The notes under the pieces are model-generated. The model had not been told where the DNA came from. It saw nothing but the letters and a program-made list of their open reading frames with translations, and ran no database searches. A DNA stretch of 64,000 nucleotides from Oligoflexales bacterium. Its GTDB lineage: Bacteria; Bdellovibrionota_B; Oligoflexia; Oligoflexales; Bog-1112. A program made the translations under genes and the position numbers. The stretch covers positions 32,001-96,000 of the forward strand of contig JBGCEP010000010.1 in the NCBI GenBank assembly GCA_045106415.1. Reading direction: 5' to 3'. Below, piece after piece: positions 38,565-49,485 of the stretch. The first letter of the stretch is position 1, and every line of letters starts with the position of its first letter.

Positions 38565-39326
38565 ATGGAGCTAAAATTTTTAGAAGAACTCCTTCATGAT
38601 ACCTCTAAGCTTCTCAAAGATTCTTTTGGTGGGAGGTATAAGGTCCAAGTTAAGAAGGATCATACCCTCGTGACCGATGTTGATTTGAAGTCGGATCGCT
38701 TTGTCCGAAATGTCTTAGGAAAAAACTTCCCGGATGATGAAATTATGACCGAAGAGGCAGACTTCCTTTCAGACAGAGAGGAGGGCCGAGGTGTGTGGAT
38801 TGTCGACCCCTTGGACGGTACAAGCAACTTTGCTCATGGCTATCCTTTTTTTTGTGTCTCAATTGCTAAAGGATTCTTTGACTCTAGAGGTCATATTCAT
38901 GTTCTTTTCGGTGGGGTTGCAAATCCTTTGTCTGGGGAAATATTTATTGGAGCTAGGGGGCAAGGTGCCTTTTTGGGTGACGAACGTCTTAGTGTTCGCT
39001 CTGAGCCTCTGGAATCGAATCTTTTTTGTGCTATGAGTGATTTTGAGGGTGAAGGTTTGGATGCTATGAAAGCAGGGTGGAGTTTCCGAAAAGATGGAGC
39101 TATTGCTTTAGACCTTGCTCTTGTAAGTCGGGGTACTTTTGATGGTTTTTGGGGGCGGTCTTTGAAACCTTGGGATATTGCAGCAGGGGCTCTTCTCATA
39201 TCTGAAGCGGGAGGAGTCGTTCGCAGCATGGAAGTAGAAGAAACCTTTCATATTGAGTGTGGCAGTTTGCTGTGTGGGGCTCCTCAAGGGGTTGGAGAAA
39301 TCAGTCAATATTTTGGTCTTACGTAG
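38565..39326 (+). CDS. Inositol monophosphatase family protein
   Basis: VT..D, EE, WIVDPLDGTSNF, WDIAAG. Confidence 0.92.
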   Translation: MELKFLEELLHDTSKLLKDSFGGRYKVQVKKDHTLVTDVDLKSDRFVRNVLGKNFPDDEIMTEEADFLSDREEGRGVWIVDPLDGTSNFAHGYPFFCVSIAKGFFDSRGHIHVLFGGVANPLSGEIFIGARGQGAFLGDERLSVRSEPLESNLFCAMSDFEGEGLDAMKAGWSFRKDGAIALDLALVSRGTFDGFWGRSLKPWDIAAGALLISEAGGVVRSMEVEETFHIECGSLLCGAPQGVGEISQYFGLT

Positions 39327-39528
39327 TCGAATTGGCCAACTGGTCAGACAAAAGAAATTTGTTGTCAAATAAATCATGTAAGATGGATGTATCTATTCAT
39401 CTTTTTTTTCAATAACTTAAAAGAAAATATGAAGATTTCTGTACAAAGAAGACTTCAAACCTGTAATCTCACGACAATTTGGCCGTCAGAAGCCATGAAT
39501 CCTTAAAACTTTGCAACGGAGGCAAGGC

Positions 39529-41175
39529 ATGAGTAGGGAACACGAACCCGAGTTTAGTGTGGTACGTAATCTTTTGTGGCCCGTCCATAGGAGTGAGTTT
39601 CGAAAGTTCCTTCCTTTAGCGATAACAATCCTTGTTATAACTTTTAATTTTTCTATTCTTAAAACGATCAAAGATACAATCATCATCACAGCAGCTGGTT
39701 CTGAGGCGATTCCTTTTTTAAAATTATGGGTCATGCTTCCAGCTGCTTTTTTAGTAAGTATCTTACTAGGGTGGTGCTCCACCCGTTTTAGTCGTAAGAA
39801 AACCTTTATTTCTGCCCAGCTTTTTTTCATAGGGTTCTTTTTATTTTTCTCAACTGTTTTATTCCCAATGCGTGAATGGATTCACCCGCATGCTTGGGTT
39901 GCATCGTGGCGAGAAGTTTTACCCCAGGGGTTAGGGGGAATGCTTTCTCTGGTAGAGTATTGGTCTTATACGCTATTTTATCTCTTCGCAGAACTTTTTG
40001 GTGTTGTTATCTTATCTGTGATGTTCTGGGGATTTGTGAATCAGGTGACACAACTCCAACAAGCGAAGCGTTTTTATGGATTGCTTAACTTAGTTGGGAA
40101 CCTTCCTTGCGTATTGGCTCCTCTTGCTTTGAACTTTATGATTGATTGGATTTTGAAAAATCAGCAGGCTTCTCAAGAAGATCGTTGGGAAAGTGTAGTC
40201 AGTTCATCTGGGATTTTAGTCGCAAGCTTGGGCCTTGTAGGTGTTGTAAGCTACTGGTTTGCTGAAAAGTACGCAGAGCAAGAAGCAGCTTTAGAGACAT
40301 CTTCATCTTCTTCAAAAAAATCTCTTAAGAGTAAGAAACCTAAGGCCTCGTTGGTTGAAGGATTCCGTTTACTTGCGAGCGACTCATATGTTCGTAATAT
40401 TGGTATTCTCGTTCTAGCTTATAATATTGTAATCAATCTACTGGAAGTTGTTTGGAAAGAACAAGTCTCTCAGCTCTACCCCGATAAACTTGAATTCAGT
40501 ATGTATATGAATCAAGTCATGACAGCCACTGGCTTTGTTGGTATTTTTTGCGCGATGTTTCTAGGAACAGGTTTGGTGAGGCGATTTGGTTGGGCTATGA
40601 CAGCTTTCGCAACACCTTTTGTTATTGTGCTGACAGGTGTCCCATTTCTAGGGTGTGTCGTTTTTACGGAAGAGATGTCTGGTGTTGCAGATTATTTTGG
40701 GATGACAAGTCTGAGTCTTGCTGTGATGATGGGGGCAGGGCTAAGTGTGGTAAGTAAAGCTGTGAAATACTCCCTCTTTGATACATCAAAAGAACTCGCG
40801 TTTATCCCTATGGATGAACAAACTCGAGGATATAGCAAAGCTGCTATTGATGGTGTGTGCTCTCGAATTGGAAAATCAGGTGGCTCTGCAATTCTACAAA
40901 TTTGTTTCTTTGTGTTTGGTGGCATTGGAGCATCAACTCCAGCAGTGTTAATTGCTGTTCTTGTTCTTCTTGTGGGTTGGGGGAAATCGATTCTGGACTT
41001 AGGAGCTCAGTTTGATGAACGCTGTGATCTTTCAAATCATGATCAATCCGGTCCTTCTGGCTCACAGAATCCTCCAGCACAAAAGCCAACTAGAGTGATA
41101 GAAACGACGAAAAATCATGTAAACCGAAGTGCTGGAGCTGTGTGTGCTGGCCCTCAAATTGCGGCCACTATATAA
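39529..41175 (+). CDS. Second Npt1/Npt2 (Tlc) family nucleotide transporter
   Basis: LWPVHRSEFRKFLP, FNFSILKTIKD, EAIPFLKLW, FWGFVNQ, KRFYG, KYSLFDTSKELAFIP, KAAIDG..SRIGKSGG. RBS GGAGG. Confidence 0.93.
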   Translation: MSREHEPEFSVVRNLLWPVHRSEFRKFLPLAITILVITFNFSILKTIKDTIIITAAGSEAIPFLKLWVMLPAAFLVSILLGWCSTRFSRKKTFISAQLFFIGFFLFFSTVLFPMREWIHPHAWVASWREVLPQGLGGMLSLVEYWSYTLFYLFAELFGVVILSVMFWGFVNQVTQLQQAKRFYGLLNLVGNLPCVLAPLALNFMIDWILKNQQASQEDRWESVVSSSGILVASLGLVGVVSYWFAEKYAEQEAALETSSSSSKKSLKSKKPKASLVEGFRLLASDSYVRNIGILVLAYNIVINLLEVVWKEQVSQLYPDKLEFSMYMNQVMTATGFVGIFCAMFLGTGLVRRFGWAMTAFATPFVIVLTGVPFLGCVVFTEEMSGVADYFGMTSLSLAVMMGAGLSVVSKAVKYSLFDTSKELAFIPMDEQTRGYSKAAIDGVCSRIGKSGGSAILQICFFVFGGIGASTPAVLIAVLVLLVGWGKSILDLGAQFDERCDLSNHDQSGPSGSQNPPAQKPTRVIETTKNHVNRSAGAVCAGPQIAATI

Positions 41176-41869
41176 GAAGTTTTAAGTGGCCTGAAACCTC
41201 TGTGAAGTCTTTAGCTATAGCATGTCCGGTTTGATTGGGGACAGTCTTATCTTGAGCTCGAACAAGCTGTGTGGTGTGATAGCCTGCAGCTTTTGCTGCA
41301 TCCAGCTCCTCAGCTATGTCAGATAAAAATAAAATAAACTGAGGTTCTACACCTAAGTCTTTTGCTATATGTGTGTAAGATTGTGTTTCTTGCTTGTGAC
41401 CTGATGTTGTATCAAAATGAAAGCTTAAGAGTGAACTGAGATTTCCATGCTCAGTGTGTGAAAACAGTAGTTTTTGAGCTGCTATGGATCCTGATGAGTA
41501 GATGCCGATCTGTAATTGAGTTGACCATTCTTTTAAGTGTGGCACAACATCGAGGTAAACATGGCTTTGAAGTTCACCATTTTTGTAGCCCTCTTGCCAG
41601 ATGAGACCTTGGATTTGTTTGAGTGGTGTTATTTTTCTATCAGCTTTCATCCATTCTAAGAATGTTTTAATGACTTCGCCTGGGCTGGAGTTTGTCGGCA
41701 TTTCAGCTTCATCTCTAGCGTCTTGAAGGATTCGAATAACCTCAGGGTTGTGGAGGTTGTTCAGAATGAATTTTTGCATGTGATCTTTAGCGAAAGGGAA
41801 CAGTTTTTGGTGAACGTAGTCGATAGAGGTTGTTGTTCCCTCGATATCCATGAGGATTTTTTTTATCAT
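41168..41869 (-). CDS. mtnC: Acireductone synthase (enolase-phosphatase E1)
   Basis: DIEGTT, LFPFA, DRK.T.LK..QG.IW..GY, YSSGS..AQKLLF, FLSD...ELDAA. Confidence 0.93.
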   Translation of the reverse strand: MIKKILMDIEGTTTSIDYVHQKLFPFAKDHMQKFILNNLHNPEVIRILQDARDEAEMPTNSSPGEVIKTFLEWMKADRKITPLKQIQGLIWQEGYKNGELQSHVYLDVVPHLKEWSTQLQIGIYSSGSIAAQKLLFSHTEHGNLSSLLSFHFDTTSGHKQETQSYTHIAKDLGVEPQFILFLSDIAEELDAAKAAGYHTTQLVRAQDKTVPNQTGHAIAKDFTEVSGHLKLLI

Positions 41870-41923
41870 TTTTTTGCCTTATGAAGAAGTGAAGTAAATT
41901 TTTATCTAAGTTTAATGTGGTGG

Positions 41924-44900
41924 TCAAGTTTTTAGCTGAGGAAGTGTAATATGGAAGAGCGTTCCTTCATTTAATGTTGTTTCACAGGTGATGCTTCCTT
42001 GTAGTTTTTGTGTCGCTAAATTAAACGCAAGGTGTAAACCAAGGCCTGTGTGTCCTTTATGCTTTGCTGTAGAGAAAAAAGGCTCGTAGATATTCTGTAC
42101 ATCATCTTCAGGAATACCATGGCCATTGTCTTTGTAGTAAATTATGGTGTTTGAGCCCTCTGAGATGACGCTTATCGTAATGACATTATTTTCTCTGTCT
42201 TTAAAGGCATGATCGAAACTGTTGTTAGTGAGTTGGACAAGTAGGTTTGATAAATCGCTTAAGTAAGTTGTTGTGAGTAAGTCTTCTGGGCATTTGATTT
42301 GGAAAATAATATTTTGTTCTTTAATTTTACCTTGCAATCCACTTTTTAATAAATTTAAATGTTCTAGGATTTTAAAAGTAGAAATATCTTCTGATGTCTG
42401 AGAAACAGCGAGTTGTTTAAAGCGAGATACGAGTTCAGAGGCTCTGTTACAGCTGGTTAAAATCATCTCATTTGCATGAGTGGTCTGAGTAATAAAATTT
42501 TGCAAAGCTGATTTTGTAAGGCCTTTTTGTAATGTTTTTTGAATATTCTCAATTTCATGGGTTAGCGATGAAGATGAAGTAATACATATTCCTAAAGGAG
42601 TATTCAGCTCATGGGCGACTCCAGACATGACCCCTGTGAGTGATGCCATCTTTTCTGATTCAATAAGCTGGTCTTGTGTGTTTTTTAAATTATCAAGTGC
42701 AGTAGAGAGTTGAGCTGTCCTTTCAACAACTTTTTCTTCTAAGCTTTCATATAATTTTGAATTTTCGATAGAGATAGATGCTTGAGAAGCGAGAATGTCA
42801 AGAGTTTGCAGTCTTTCTTCCGTAAAAACATGAGAAACTTCTTTGTTTTCTAAATATAAAACAGCAATAACATGATTTTGGTGAATAATGGGTAAACAAC
42901 AAATAGAATGAATTTTATTATCTTTGATATACTCATCGTTTTTAAATTCTTTATTGGTATGTGCTTCTTCTATGATGATATTTTTTTGTGACCTTAGCGA
43001 AGAGTTTAAAACAGTAAGGGGAAAAGAATTGTTTGCTTGCTCATCTGTTGGGCTTTCCTCTAGGTGGTATGATGCGTAGGGTGTAATCTCTCTTTTCTCA
43101 ACGAAAAACAACAGACTCCGGCTCGCTCCTCCCACTTCACAGGAAATTTTCATAAGGTGTTGTGTGAGGTGTTGAAGGTTGATTTCTTTGGATAAGGATC
43201 TAGCTGCCGATAAAACTCTTTCAAAATCAAGATTTTGGTTGTTTGTGCTTCCTGTGCCTGCGTAGTGAGTTTTAGATAGAGTTGTTTTCCCATTCTCGAT
43301 AGTGTTTTGAGGTTCATTTTTTTGTGTAAAACTATAGTTCCATTCTTCTTCAATTTGAGAGACTTTGGATTCAGCACCCCAGTGTTTGAATATGTTTCGA
43401 GCTTCTTCGATATAGATGTTAGAAGTTTTTGCGTAATTGTTTTTCTGTAAAAAGAGAGCGCAGCGTTCATGGATGATACCTTCAAAAAGATAGTTTTGAT
43501 CTTTAGAAGCGCTTTGTATTGCTTTTTCATAGTGATGTAAAGATTTTTGCACTGAAAATTTGTTCCATGCAAACCACTCAGCTAGCAAAAAGTGATATTG
43601 ATACCCAAAGGTTTCATCGCAGTGAATTGAAAGTGATTTGATTTTTTTAATTGTATTTGTGATGTAGAGTTTTTTTGTTAAAGGGATCCTGGTCCCGTTT
43701 TCTGAATAATATGCGAGAATTGCTAAAGAATAGAAAACCTTTCTGTCACAGTCTTGAGGCGCTCCCTCAACGCCTTTTTTATATGACTCCGTAATTTCAA
43801 ATTCTTTTAAAGCGGTTGAGTAATGTGATAAAAAGTAGGCAAGGTGCCCTCTTATTCGGTGAACTTCATGGAGACCGGTTTGAAAATTTTGTGACTCAAA
43901 TCTAGAGAGGGTTTCATGATAATCGAAAGTATCAGATGAAAGCTCTGGAATTTTTGAAAAATCAGTTCGAGGTTCTGATAATTTTTCTGCGTATATTTTA
44001 GCTAAAGATGTCAGTTTTTTACAATCATCGTAATTTGAATTTTCAAGTAAGGGAAGATACCTCTCGTTGAGGTGTTCTAAGTATTCTTTGATATTGTGAT
44101 AACGAATACTCCATAAATAAATATGAAGCACAGACCAAGGAAGATAAAGAGTGTCACTGGCGATGTATCCTTTCTTTGCAGCTGTTTCCATATGAGTGCA
44201 CATATGACGCCAAGACATATTTAAAAATGATGTCAATCCAGCGAAAAGATAAATAGTGGCGCTTTCTGCTAGAAGGTTGTGTTTAAGGTCTGATCGCTTT
44301 TCGTCTGATAGTTTTAAACCTACATTTGCAACTCTTCGACCAAGGTTTAAGTCACCCATGCCATTTAAAACAGCAGCTAGAAAGGTAAAACCAGTGCTAG
44401 AATAAGCATGAAGCCCATGGATGATGGAAACTTGATTTAATTGTGCTATTAAAATAGTAAACATTGTTTGGTTGCCAAGAAAATATGCTGGGGTCATAAG
44501 AGCAAACAAACATGCTGTTAAAAGTTCTTTGTGTTCATTATCAAGTGTTTTATGATGATATAAATCATCGGCCCCGTTTTTTAGCTGCTTTGTGTTTTTC
44601 TTTAAACATCGAACGATTTTCAGTATTTCAGCAATCATATCAATGAAATTAGGGTTTTTCTTTAGTGTTAACCCTAACAAATGGCAGGCTCTAAGACCAT
44701 TGTCGAAAGACTCCTGCATGCGGTTCGTTGTTGAGTATTGAGTGCATTTACGATAACAAACTCTAGCTTTTAAAAAATTTGTGGATGCTCTTTTTTCAAG
44801 GTTTTCAGATATCGAGTTTGCTTCACTGATCTTATGCATTAAAAAAGCGCTATGCGTAGCGATTTCGTGAAGATCCCACATAGTTTCAAAATTTGATTCC

Positions 44901-47182
44901 CATTCGTTGTCATGAAAAAGGCGGAGTGAATTTTGAGAAAAATGGTATGATGCCTCATATGAGAGGTTTTCAGTAGATTTTTTGGCAGCTAGAAAATTTA
45001 AGTTTGCAACTCTGATCTTTGTATCTGAAGTGTATTTCTCTGATTGAACAGCATTATAATGTGCAACTATGTCGAAAATATTTTCTTTGCCTTGTTCGAA
45101 AAGATAATCAGCGATAGCATAATGCGTTTTTTGTTTATTTTCTTTTGAAAGTAGAGAATAAGAAGATTCTCTGAGTTTATCGTGGTTAAATTTAAATCGA
45201 CAAGAAATGTGATGTGGGATTTGCTGAGTTGAAATCATATGACTGTATTCTATAAATAAAGGGGAAATAATATTGGTATCTACAAGTTTTTTTATGATTT
45301 CAATAGAGCGGATCTGGGCTAGTTTGCTAAGTTCAGTAATACAATGGAAATCAAAAATATTTCCGTAGCAAGAAGATATTGATAAAATATCTTGTTGGTC
45401 TGTAGGCATTTGTGAGATATTTTTTTGTATGAAATTAACAACGTTGTCGCTAATTTCAAGATCTTGAAGTGACTTAAAGTCAATGAGCCATTTCCCTAGA
45501 CTCTCATCGGTTTGATATATTTTACCCTCTTGATGCAAATTAAGAAGGAGTTGTTTCACATAAAAAGGATTGCCACCTGTTTTGTGAATGATTTCTTTGC
45601 TTATTTCAGTATTTTCATGATGAAGAGTATCTTTAATCATCTCCTCAACAGCATTTATAGAAAGAGGGTGAAGTTCGTGTTGCAAGACCAGGTTTTGCAA
45701 ATTATCAAATAAATCATGAAGGTGATGTGATGGTGTTATTTCCTCTGATCTGTAAGATCCGATAAATAGGATGTTCTTAATATTCTCTTTTACAAGGTAG
45801 TCAAGGATTTCAATTGAAATAAGATCAGACCATTGAAGGTCATCAATAAAGAGAAGGATAGGGTTTTTTTGTGCAATAACAGATAAAAAATTCTTTAATG
45901 TTGAGAAAAGTCTCTGTTTTGAATATTCAGAAGAAACATCTTCAGTATGGATACCTAAAACAGAAGATGCGCTGGGAATAATATGAGTGAGGATTCCAAT
46001 GTTGTCAGATAGAGATTTTTCTATTTGGTGCTTTATATCTATAATATCTTGCTCAGGAAGTTTTGATATGTGATCAACCCAATGATTAAGAGCCTGTTTT
46101 ATTGCAGAAAAAGAATTGTTTTTTTGGAATTGATCGAATTTACCTTCGCAGAGAACCCCTTCTTTTTTATATAAATATGAGGATGTTTCTTGGATAATTG
46201 ATGATTTACCAAGCCCTGATTTCCCAGAGATAAGTATTAATGGGTTGTGTTGTTTTGTATCGATTAGATCAATGTACTGCAATATAGTGTTTAAATCATC
46301 CTCTCGGCCGTATATTTTTTCTGGAATCATAAATAATGTGCTGTAATCTTTCATGCCTGGCTGGAAATGATCGTCGCTGCTATGTTTTGAGATCTTTTCA
46401 AAATCAAATAACATACCTTTGGTGCATTGATATCGATCGTCAGGTATTTTAGAACACATTTTAGAGATGGTTTTTTGAAGAGCTACTGAATAACCTTTTT
46501 TCTGAAGCGGTTCCATCGAAAGAGGTTTGGTGAGTTGATTGTGAATAATGATCATTGGGTCGTTGTTGTCAAAAGCGCTATTATTTGTAAGCAGGTGATA
46601 AAAGCAAAGCCCTAATGAGTAATAATCTGAACGATAATCTATGGTGCGGTTAATTCTTCCTGTTTGTTCTGGAGCGATGTATGCAAGCGTTCCCTCAAGG
46701 TCTTTGATACTTGTTAGGTTTTTTTTCTCGTTGCCAAATGTTGCTATCCCGAAATCAATATATTTCATTTCAGTGAGATTTGGATTTGTGATCATATTCG
46801 ATGGATTTATATCTTTATGAATAACACCTGATTTATGGATTTCATGAAGAGACTTTATAGATGAGATAGCAAATATTAGGAATTTTTCTTCGCTTATAAA
46901 CGAGTTAAGATAATTGGATAGCGGTAACATTTCATGATCATCAAAAATAATAGTGTGATAACCATCGAGAATTAAAAAATCGACAGATTTAGCGATAAAA
47001 AATTCAGGGATATTTTTTGTTACTTTGTATTCGTGTTCAAATCGTTGAATGAGATGAGAGGACGGGTGATTGACGTTGAGTATTTTTAAGATGTAGCTTT
47101 TTCCATCTCGGGATATGGCGCGTACAATATGTGTATCATTTGATTCGTGAAGAACTATTTTTTTGTCAAAAGACCAATCCAT
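41924..47182 (-). CDS. Hybrid Ser/Thr kinase - AAA ATPase - GAF - sensor histidine kinase
   Basis: IHKDINPSN, DFG, GTLAYIAPEQTGR. Walker A GKSGLGKS, IDDLQW. GAF (LYLEN). AHELNTPL, GTGLGL. Confidence 0.92.
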   Translation of the reverse strand: MDWSFDKKIVLHESNDTHIVRAISRDGKSYILKILNVNHPSSHLIQRFEHEYKVTKNIPEFFIAKSVDFLILDGYHTIIFDDHEMLPLSNYLNSFISEEKFLIFAISSIKSLHEIHKSGVIHKDINPSNMITNPNLTEMKYIDFGIATFGNEKKNLTSIKDLEGTLAYIAPEQTGRINRTIDYRSDYYSLGLCFYHLLTNNSAFDNNDPMIIIHNQLTKPLSMEPLQKKGYSVALQKTISKMCSKIPDDRYQCTKGMLFDFEKISKHSSDDHFQPGMKDYSTLFMIPEKIYGREDDLNTILQYIDLIDTKQHNPLILISGKSGLGKSSIIQETSSYLYKKEGVLCEGKFDQFQKNNSFSAIKQALNHWVDHISKLPEQDIIDIKHQIEKSLSDNIGILTHIIPSASSVLGIHTEDVSSEYSKQRLFSTLKNFLSVIAQKNPILLFIDDLQWSDLISIEILDYLVKENIKNILFIGSYRSEEITPSHHLHDLFDNLQNLVLQHELHPLSINAVEEMIKDTLHHENTEISKEIIHKTGGNPFYVKQLLLNLHQEGKIYQTDESLGKWLIDFKSLQDLEISDNVVNFIQKNISQMPTDQQDILSISSCYGNIFDFHCITELSKLAQIRSIEIIKKLVDTNIISPLFIEYSHMISTQQIPHHISCRFKFNHDKLRESSYSLLSKENKQKTHYAIADYLFEQGKENIFDIVAHYNAVQSEKYTSDTKIRVANLNFLAAKKSTENLSYEASYHFSQNSLRLFHDNEWESNFETMWDLHEIATHSAFLMHKISEANSISENLEKRASTNFLKARVCYRKCTQYSTTNRMQESFDNGLRACHLLGLTLKKNPNFIDMIAEILKIVRCLKKNTKQLKNGADDLYHHKTLDNEHKELLTACLFALMTPAYFLGNQTMFTILIAQLNQVSIIHGLHAYSSTGFTFLAAVLNGMGDLNLGRRVANVGLKLSDEKRSDLKHNLLAESATIYLFAGLTSFLNMSWRHMCTHMETAAKKGYIASDTLYLPWSVLHIYLWSIRYHNIKEYLEHLNERYLPLLENSNYDDCKKLTSLAKIYAEKLSEPRTDFSKIPELSSDTFDYHETLSRFESQNFQTGLHEVHRIRGHLAYFLSHYSTALKEFEITESYKKGVEGAPQDCDRKVFYSLAILAYYSENGTRIPLTKKLYITNTIKKIKSLSIHCDETFGYQYHFLLAEWFAWNKFSVQKSLHHYEKAIQSASKDQNYLFEGIIHERCALFLQKNNYAKTSNIYIEEARNIFKHWGAESKVSQIEEEWNYSFTQKNEPQNTIENGKTTLSKTHYAGTGSTNNQNLDFERVLSAARSLSKEINLQHLTQHLMKISCEVGGASRSLLFFVEKREITPYASYHLEESPTDEQANNSFPLTVLNSSLRSQKNIIIEEAHTNKEFKNDEYIKDNKIHSICCLPIIHQNHVIAVLYLENKEVSHVFTEERLQTLDILASQASISIENSKLYESLEEKVVERTAQLSTALDNLKNTQDQLIESEKMASLTGVMSGVAHELNTPLGICITSSSSLTHEIENIQKTLQKGLTKSALQNFITQTTHANEMILTSCNRASELVSRFKQLAVSQTSEDISTFKILEHLNLLKSGLQGKIKEQNIIFQIKCPEDLLTTTYLSDLSNLLVQLTNNSFDHAFKDRENNVITISVISEGSNTIIYYKDNGHGIPEDDVQNIYEPFFSTAKHKGHTGLGLHLAFNLATQKLQGSITCETTLNEGTLFHITLPQLKT

Positions 47183-47426
47183 GTCTTAAAACCTTATCGT
47201 GTGTGATATCTATATCGGCTATATATATGAATAGTAAAATTGACCTTTTATTTTTATTCTATAGAAGTCGTGAGATTGATAAAAATAGAGATGATGCATA
47301 CCTCTGAAAATTTAGAATAAATAACTTTTGTTTGTTTTTATTTGAATTGAAATAGTCGTAATTATTTATAAGGCGGTTAAATAAAAAGCTTTTTTAAACC
47401 GAGGTGATGTTTGATAGTCAGACTAT

Positions 47427-48413
47427 ATGAGGGTCATTATGTCAGTTGAAAATAATAAGGTATCTAGGCGCCATCTTGGGATCTATGGTGTTCTTCTGTC
47501 GTCACTTGTCATCCCGTTTGCAATGACGCTTTCTACGGTTCATAAAACTATGACGCCACCATCGTTTATGGATAACCCAAGTCCATATGGTTATACAATG
47601 AGTTTGTTGATTTTTGTTGTACCTATTTTGTATTTTGTTGTTTGGTTGTGTAAAAATCCCCAATATAGAATTGAAAGAAATGCGTTTATAGGAAGCGTAG
47701 CAGGTGTTTTTGTTCTAGGGAGCTTTTTAGACTTTGTTTTTGGGTATAGCTTTTTCTATTTTCCAAATCGTGGGGCAGTCTTAGGTCTTTATCTTCCTTC
47801 GTTTTCTTTTTCAGAATGGCGATGGATTCCTCACTATCTTCCTATTGAAGAATTTGGTTTTTATTTGCTAGGTTCTACATATATGCTCGCTTCATACCTT
47901 TGGGGAGTTCTTTTTTGGTTTAAACGCTATAATCATGCTGATCATCAAAAGGCATGCTTAAGTGTCGATAGAATGCTGAAAGTTAGTTATCCTCTTTTCT
48001 TTTTAGGTATATCACTTTTTATCTTAGGGCTTGTTATTAAGCATTTAGGTCCTTACCCTGATGGGTTCCCTGGTTATTTTACTTTTATGATTTTTATGAT
48101 GTTCCTCCCATGTATTTTCTTATTTGAATCACTCAGATTTTTAATTAACTGGAGGGCATTTACTTTTATGTCTTTTGTTTTACTTTTAGTGAGTATCGTT
48201 TATGAAGCAACCTTAGGTGTGCCTTATGGATGGTGGAAATATCATAATGACCAAATGTTAGGGATTTTAATTCACGCGTGGTCGGACTTACCTATTGAGG
48301 CTGTGTGCTTATGGGTTGCAGCAGGTTTTGGGACAGTGCTTTTATTTGAAGCTCTACGTTACTATTTTTATATTGGGAAACCAATTTTACGTGCTTTTTT
48401 AGGTGATAAATAA
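47427..48413 (+). CDS. Membrane protein with two lycopene-cyclase-like (CrtYc/d-type) domains
   Basis: Internal duplication: LD...F.F....VLG...LPIEEFGFY and YE...GWW.Y....MLG...LPIEAV..W. Confidence 0.7.
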   Translation: MRVIMSVENNKVSRRHLGIYGVLLSSLVIPFAMTLSTVHKTMTPPSFMDNPSPYGYTMSLLIFVVPILYFVVWLCKNPQYRIERNAFIGSVAGVFVLGSFLDFVFGYSFFYFPNRGAVLGLYLPSFSFSEWRWIPHYLPIEEFGFYLLGSTYMLASYLWGVLFWFKRYNHADHQKACLSVDRMLKVSYPLFFLGISLFILGLVIKHLGPYPDGFPGYFTFMIFMMFLPCIFLFESLRFLINWRAFTFMSFVLLLVSIVYEATLGVPYGWWKYHNDQMLGILIHAWSDLPIEAVCLWVAAGFGTVLLFEALRYYFYIGKPILRAFLGDK

Positions 48414-48435
48414 TTATTATATAACGGAGAAAAAA

Positions 48436-49434
48436 ATGTCAAAAAATGGAAAAAGTGATTTACCTCTTTATGTTGATAACGGAATCGGATTGCCATCTAT
48501 GCGTCCTCCTTATCCAAATATGCATATGTCGACATCAAGTTTCTTTTTGAAAGCAGATTTTAATAAAGTGAAAAATTTATGTGATCGTTATTTGAATGAT
48601 GTGATCGATGGAAATAGAAAATATTATCCTATTTCTAATCGAGTTATGTTTACATGGGCTAAAATTGTAGGGGATGCTAGAACGGATAGCTATGAAGTGA
48701 TGGGTCCTATGGAAGAACATGATGCTGTTTTCTTTATTCCTACATTAGCAGTGAATTATCACTTAGGGATTCCTGTCCCGAGTCACTTTGCTTTTTTTCC
48801 ATATCGACTTTATATAGATAACGCTGACGGTATTGTAAGTGGAAGGGAAGTCTATGGCTTTAATAAAGGAGTTGGTAATTTCCTTGGTTCTGAAGATCCG
48901 AAAAAGCCAAATTTCACTATACAAACTCTTGCGTATAAAACATTTGGCCCTGATAATTTAGCGAAAATGGAAGATATGGTTAAGATTACGCCAATGTCTA
49001 GCGATATTTCATCAGAAGATAAAACATGGTGTGATGCTCAACAAGCTAAAGAGGGCATAAAAGAAGCCTTTAAAGAAGCTATTGAAGGTGGTTTTTGGAA
49101 GAATTTAATTGAAGAAAGCTTTGACTTTTTCACTTACTTGTTTCAGCCACAAGGAACACAAGTTTTTCTTAAACAGTTTCGAGATATCCACAATGGCCTG
49201 CACGCTTGCTATCAATCTGTAACAGAAGCTCCAACAACGATTAATAAATTTTCTGGTGGTGGGCTCTATACTCAAAAATATAAGTTCCAAGCATTTTCTT
49301 TACAAAGTGAACCAATAGCAGAAGAGCTAGGTTTGATCTTAGACGAAGATGGATGCCAAGAAAATTTAGAAGGTTTTTGGGCAGAAAGCACGATCTCTCT
49401 AGGTCTGGGTGAAGAAATAAAAAAAGGGTCTTAA
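48436..49434 (+). CDS. Acetoacetate decarboxylase-like (ADC superfamily) protein
   Basis: LYIDN...IVSGREVYGFNK, FLKQFRD....ACYQ. RBS GGAGA. Confidence 0.75.
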   Translation: MSKNGKSDLPLYVDNGIGLPSMRPPYPNMHMSTSSFFLKADFNKVKNLCDRYLNDVIDGNRKYYPISNRVMFTWAKIVGDARTDSYEVMGPMEEHDAVFFIPTLAVNYHLGIPVPSHFAFFPYRLYIDNADGIVSGREVYGFNKGVGNFLGSEDPKKPNFTIQTLAYKTFGPDNLAKMEDMVKITPMSSDISSEDKTWCDAQQAKEGIKEAFKEAIEGGFWKNLIEESFDFFTYLFQPQGTQVFLKQFRDIHNGLHACYQSVTEAPTTINKFSGGGLYTQKYKFQAFSLQSEPIAEELGLILDEDGCQENLEGFWAESTISLGLGEEIKKGS

Positions 49435-49440
49435 TGTAAC

Positions 49441-49473
49441 AACCGTTTTTAACATGAGGAAAACGGTTTTTTT
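49441..49473 (+). terminator. Intercistronic hairpin with U-tail
   Basis: AACCGTTTT-10 nt-AAAACGGTT followed by a T-run. Confidence 0.5.
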
Positions 49474-49485
49474 GGAGAAAATATT

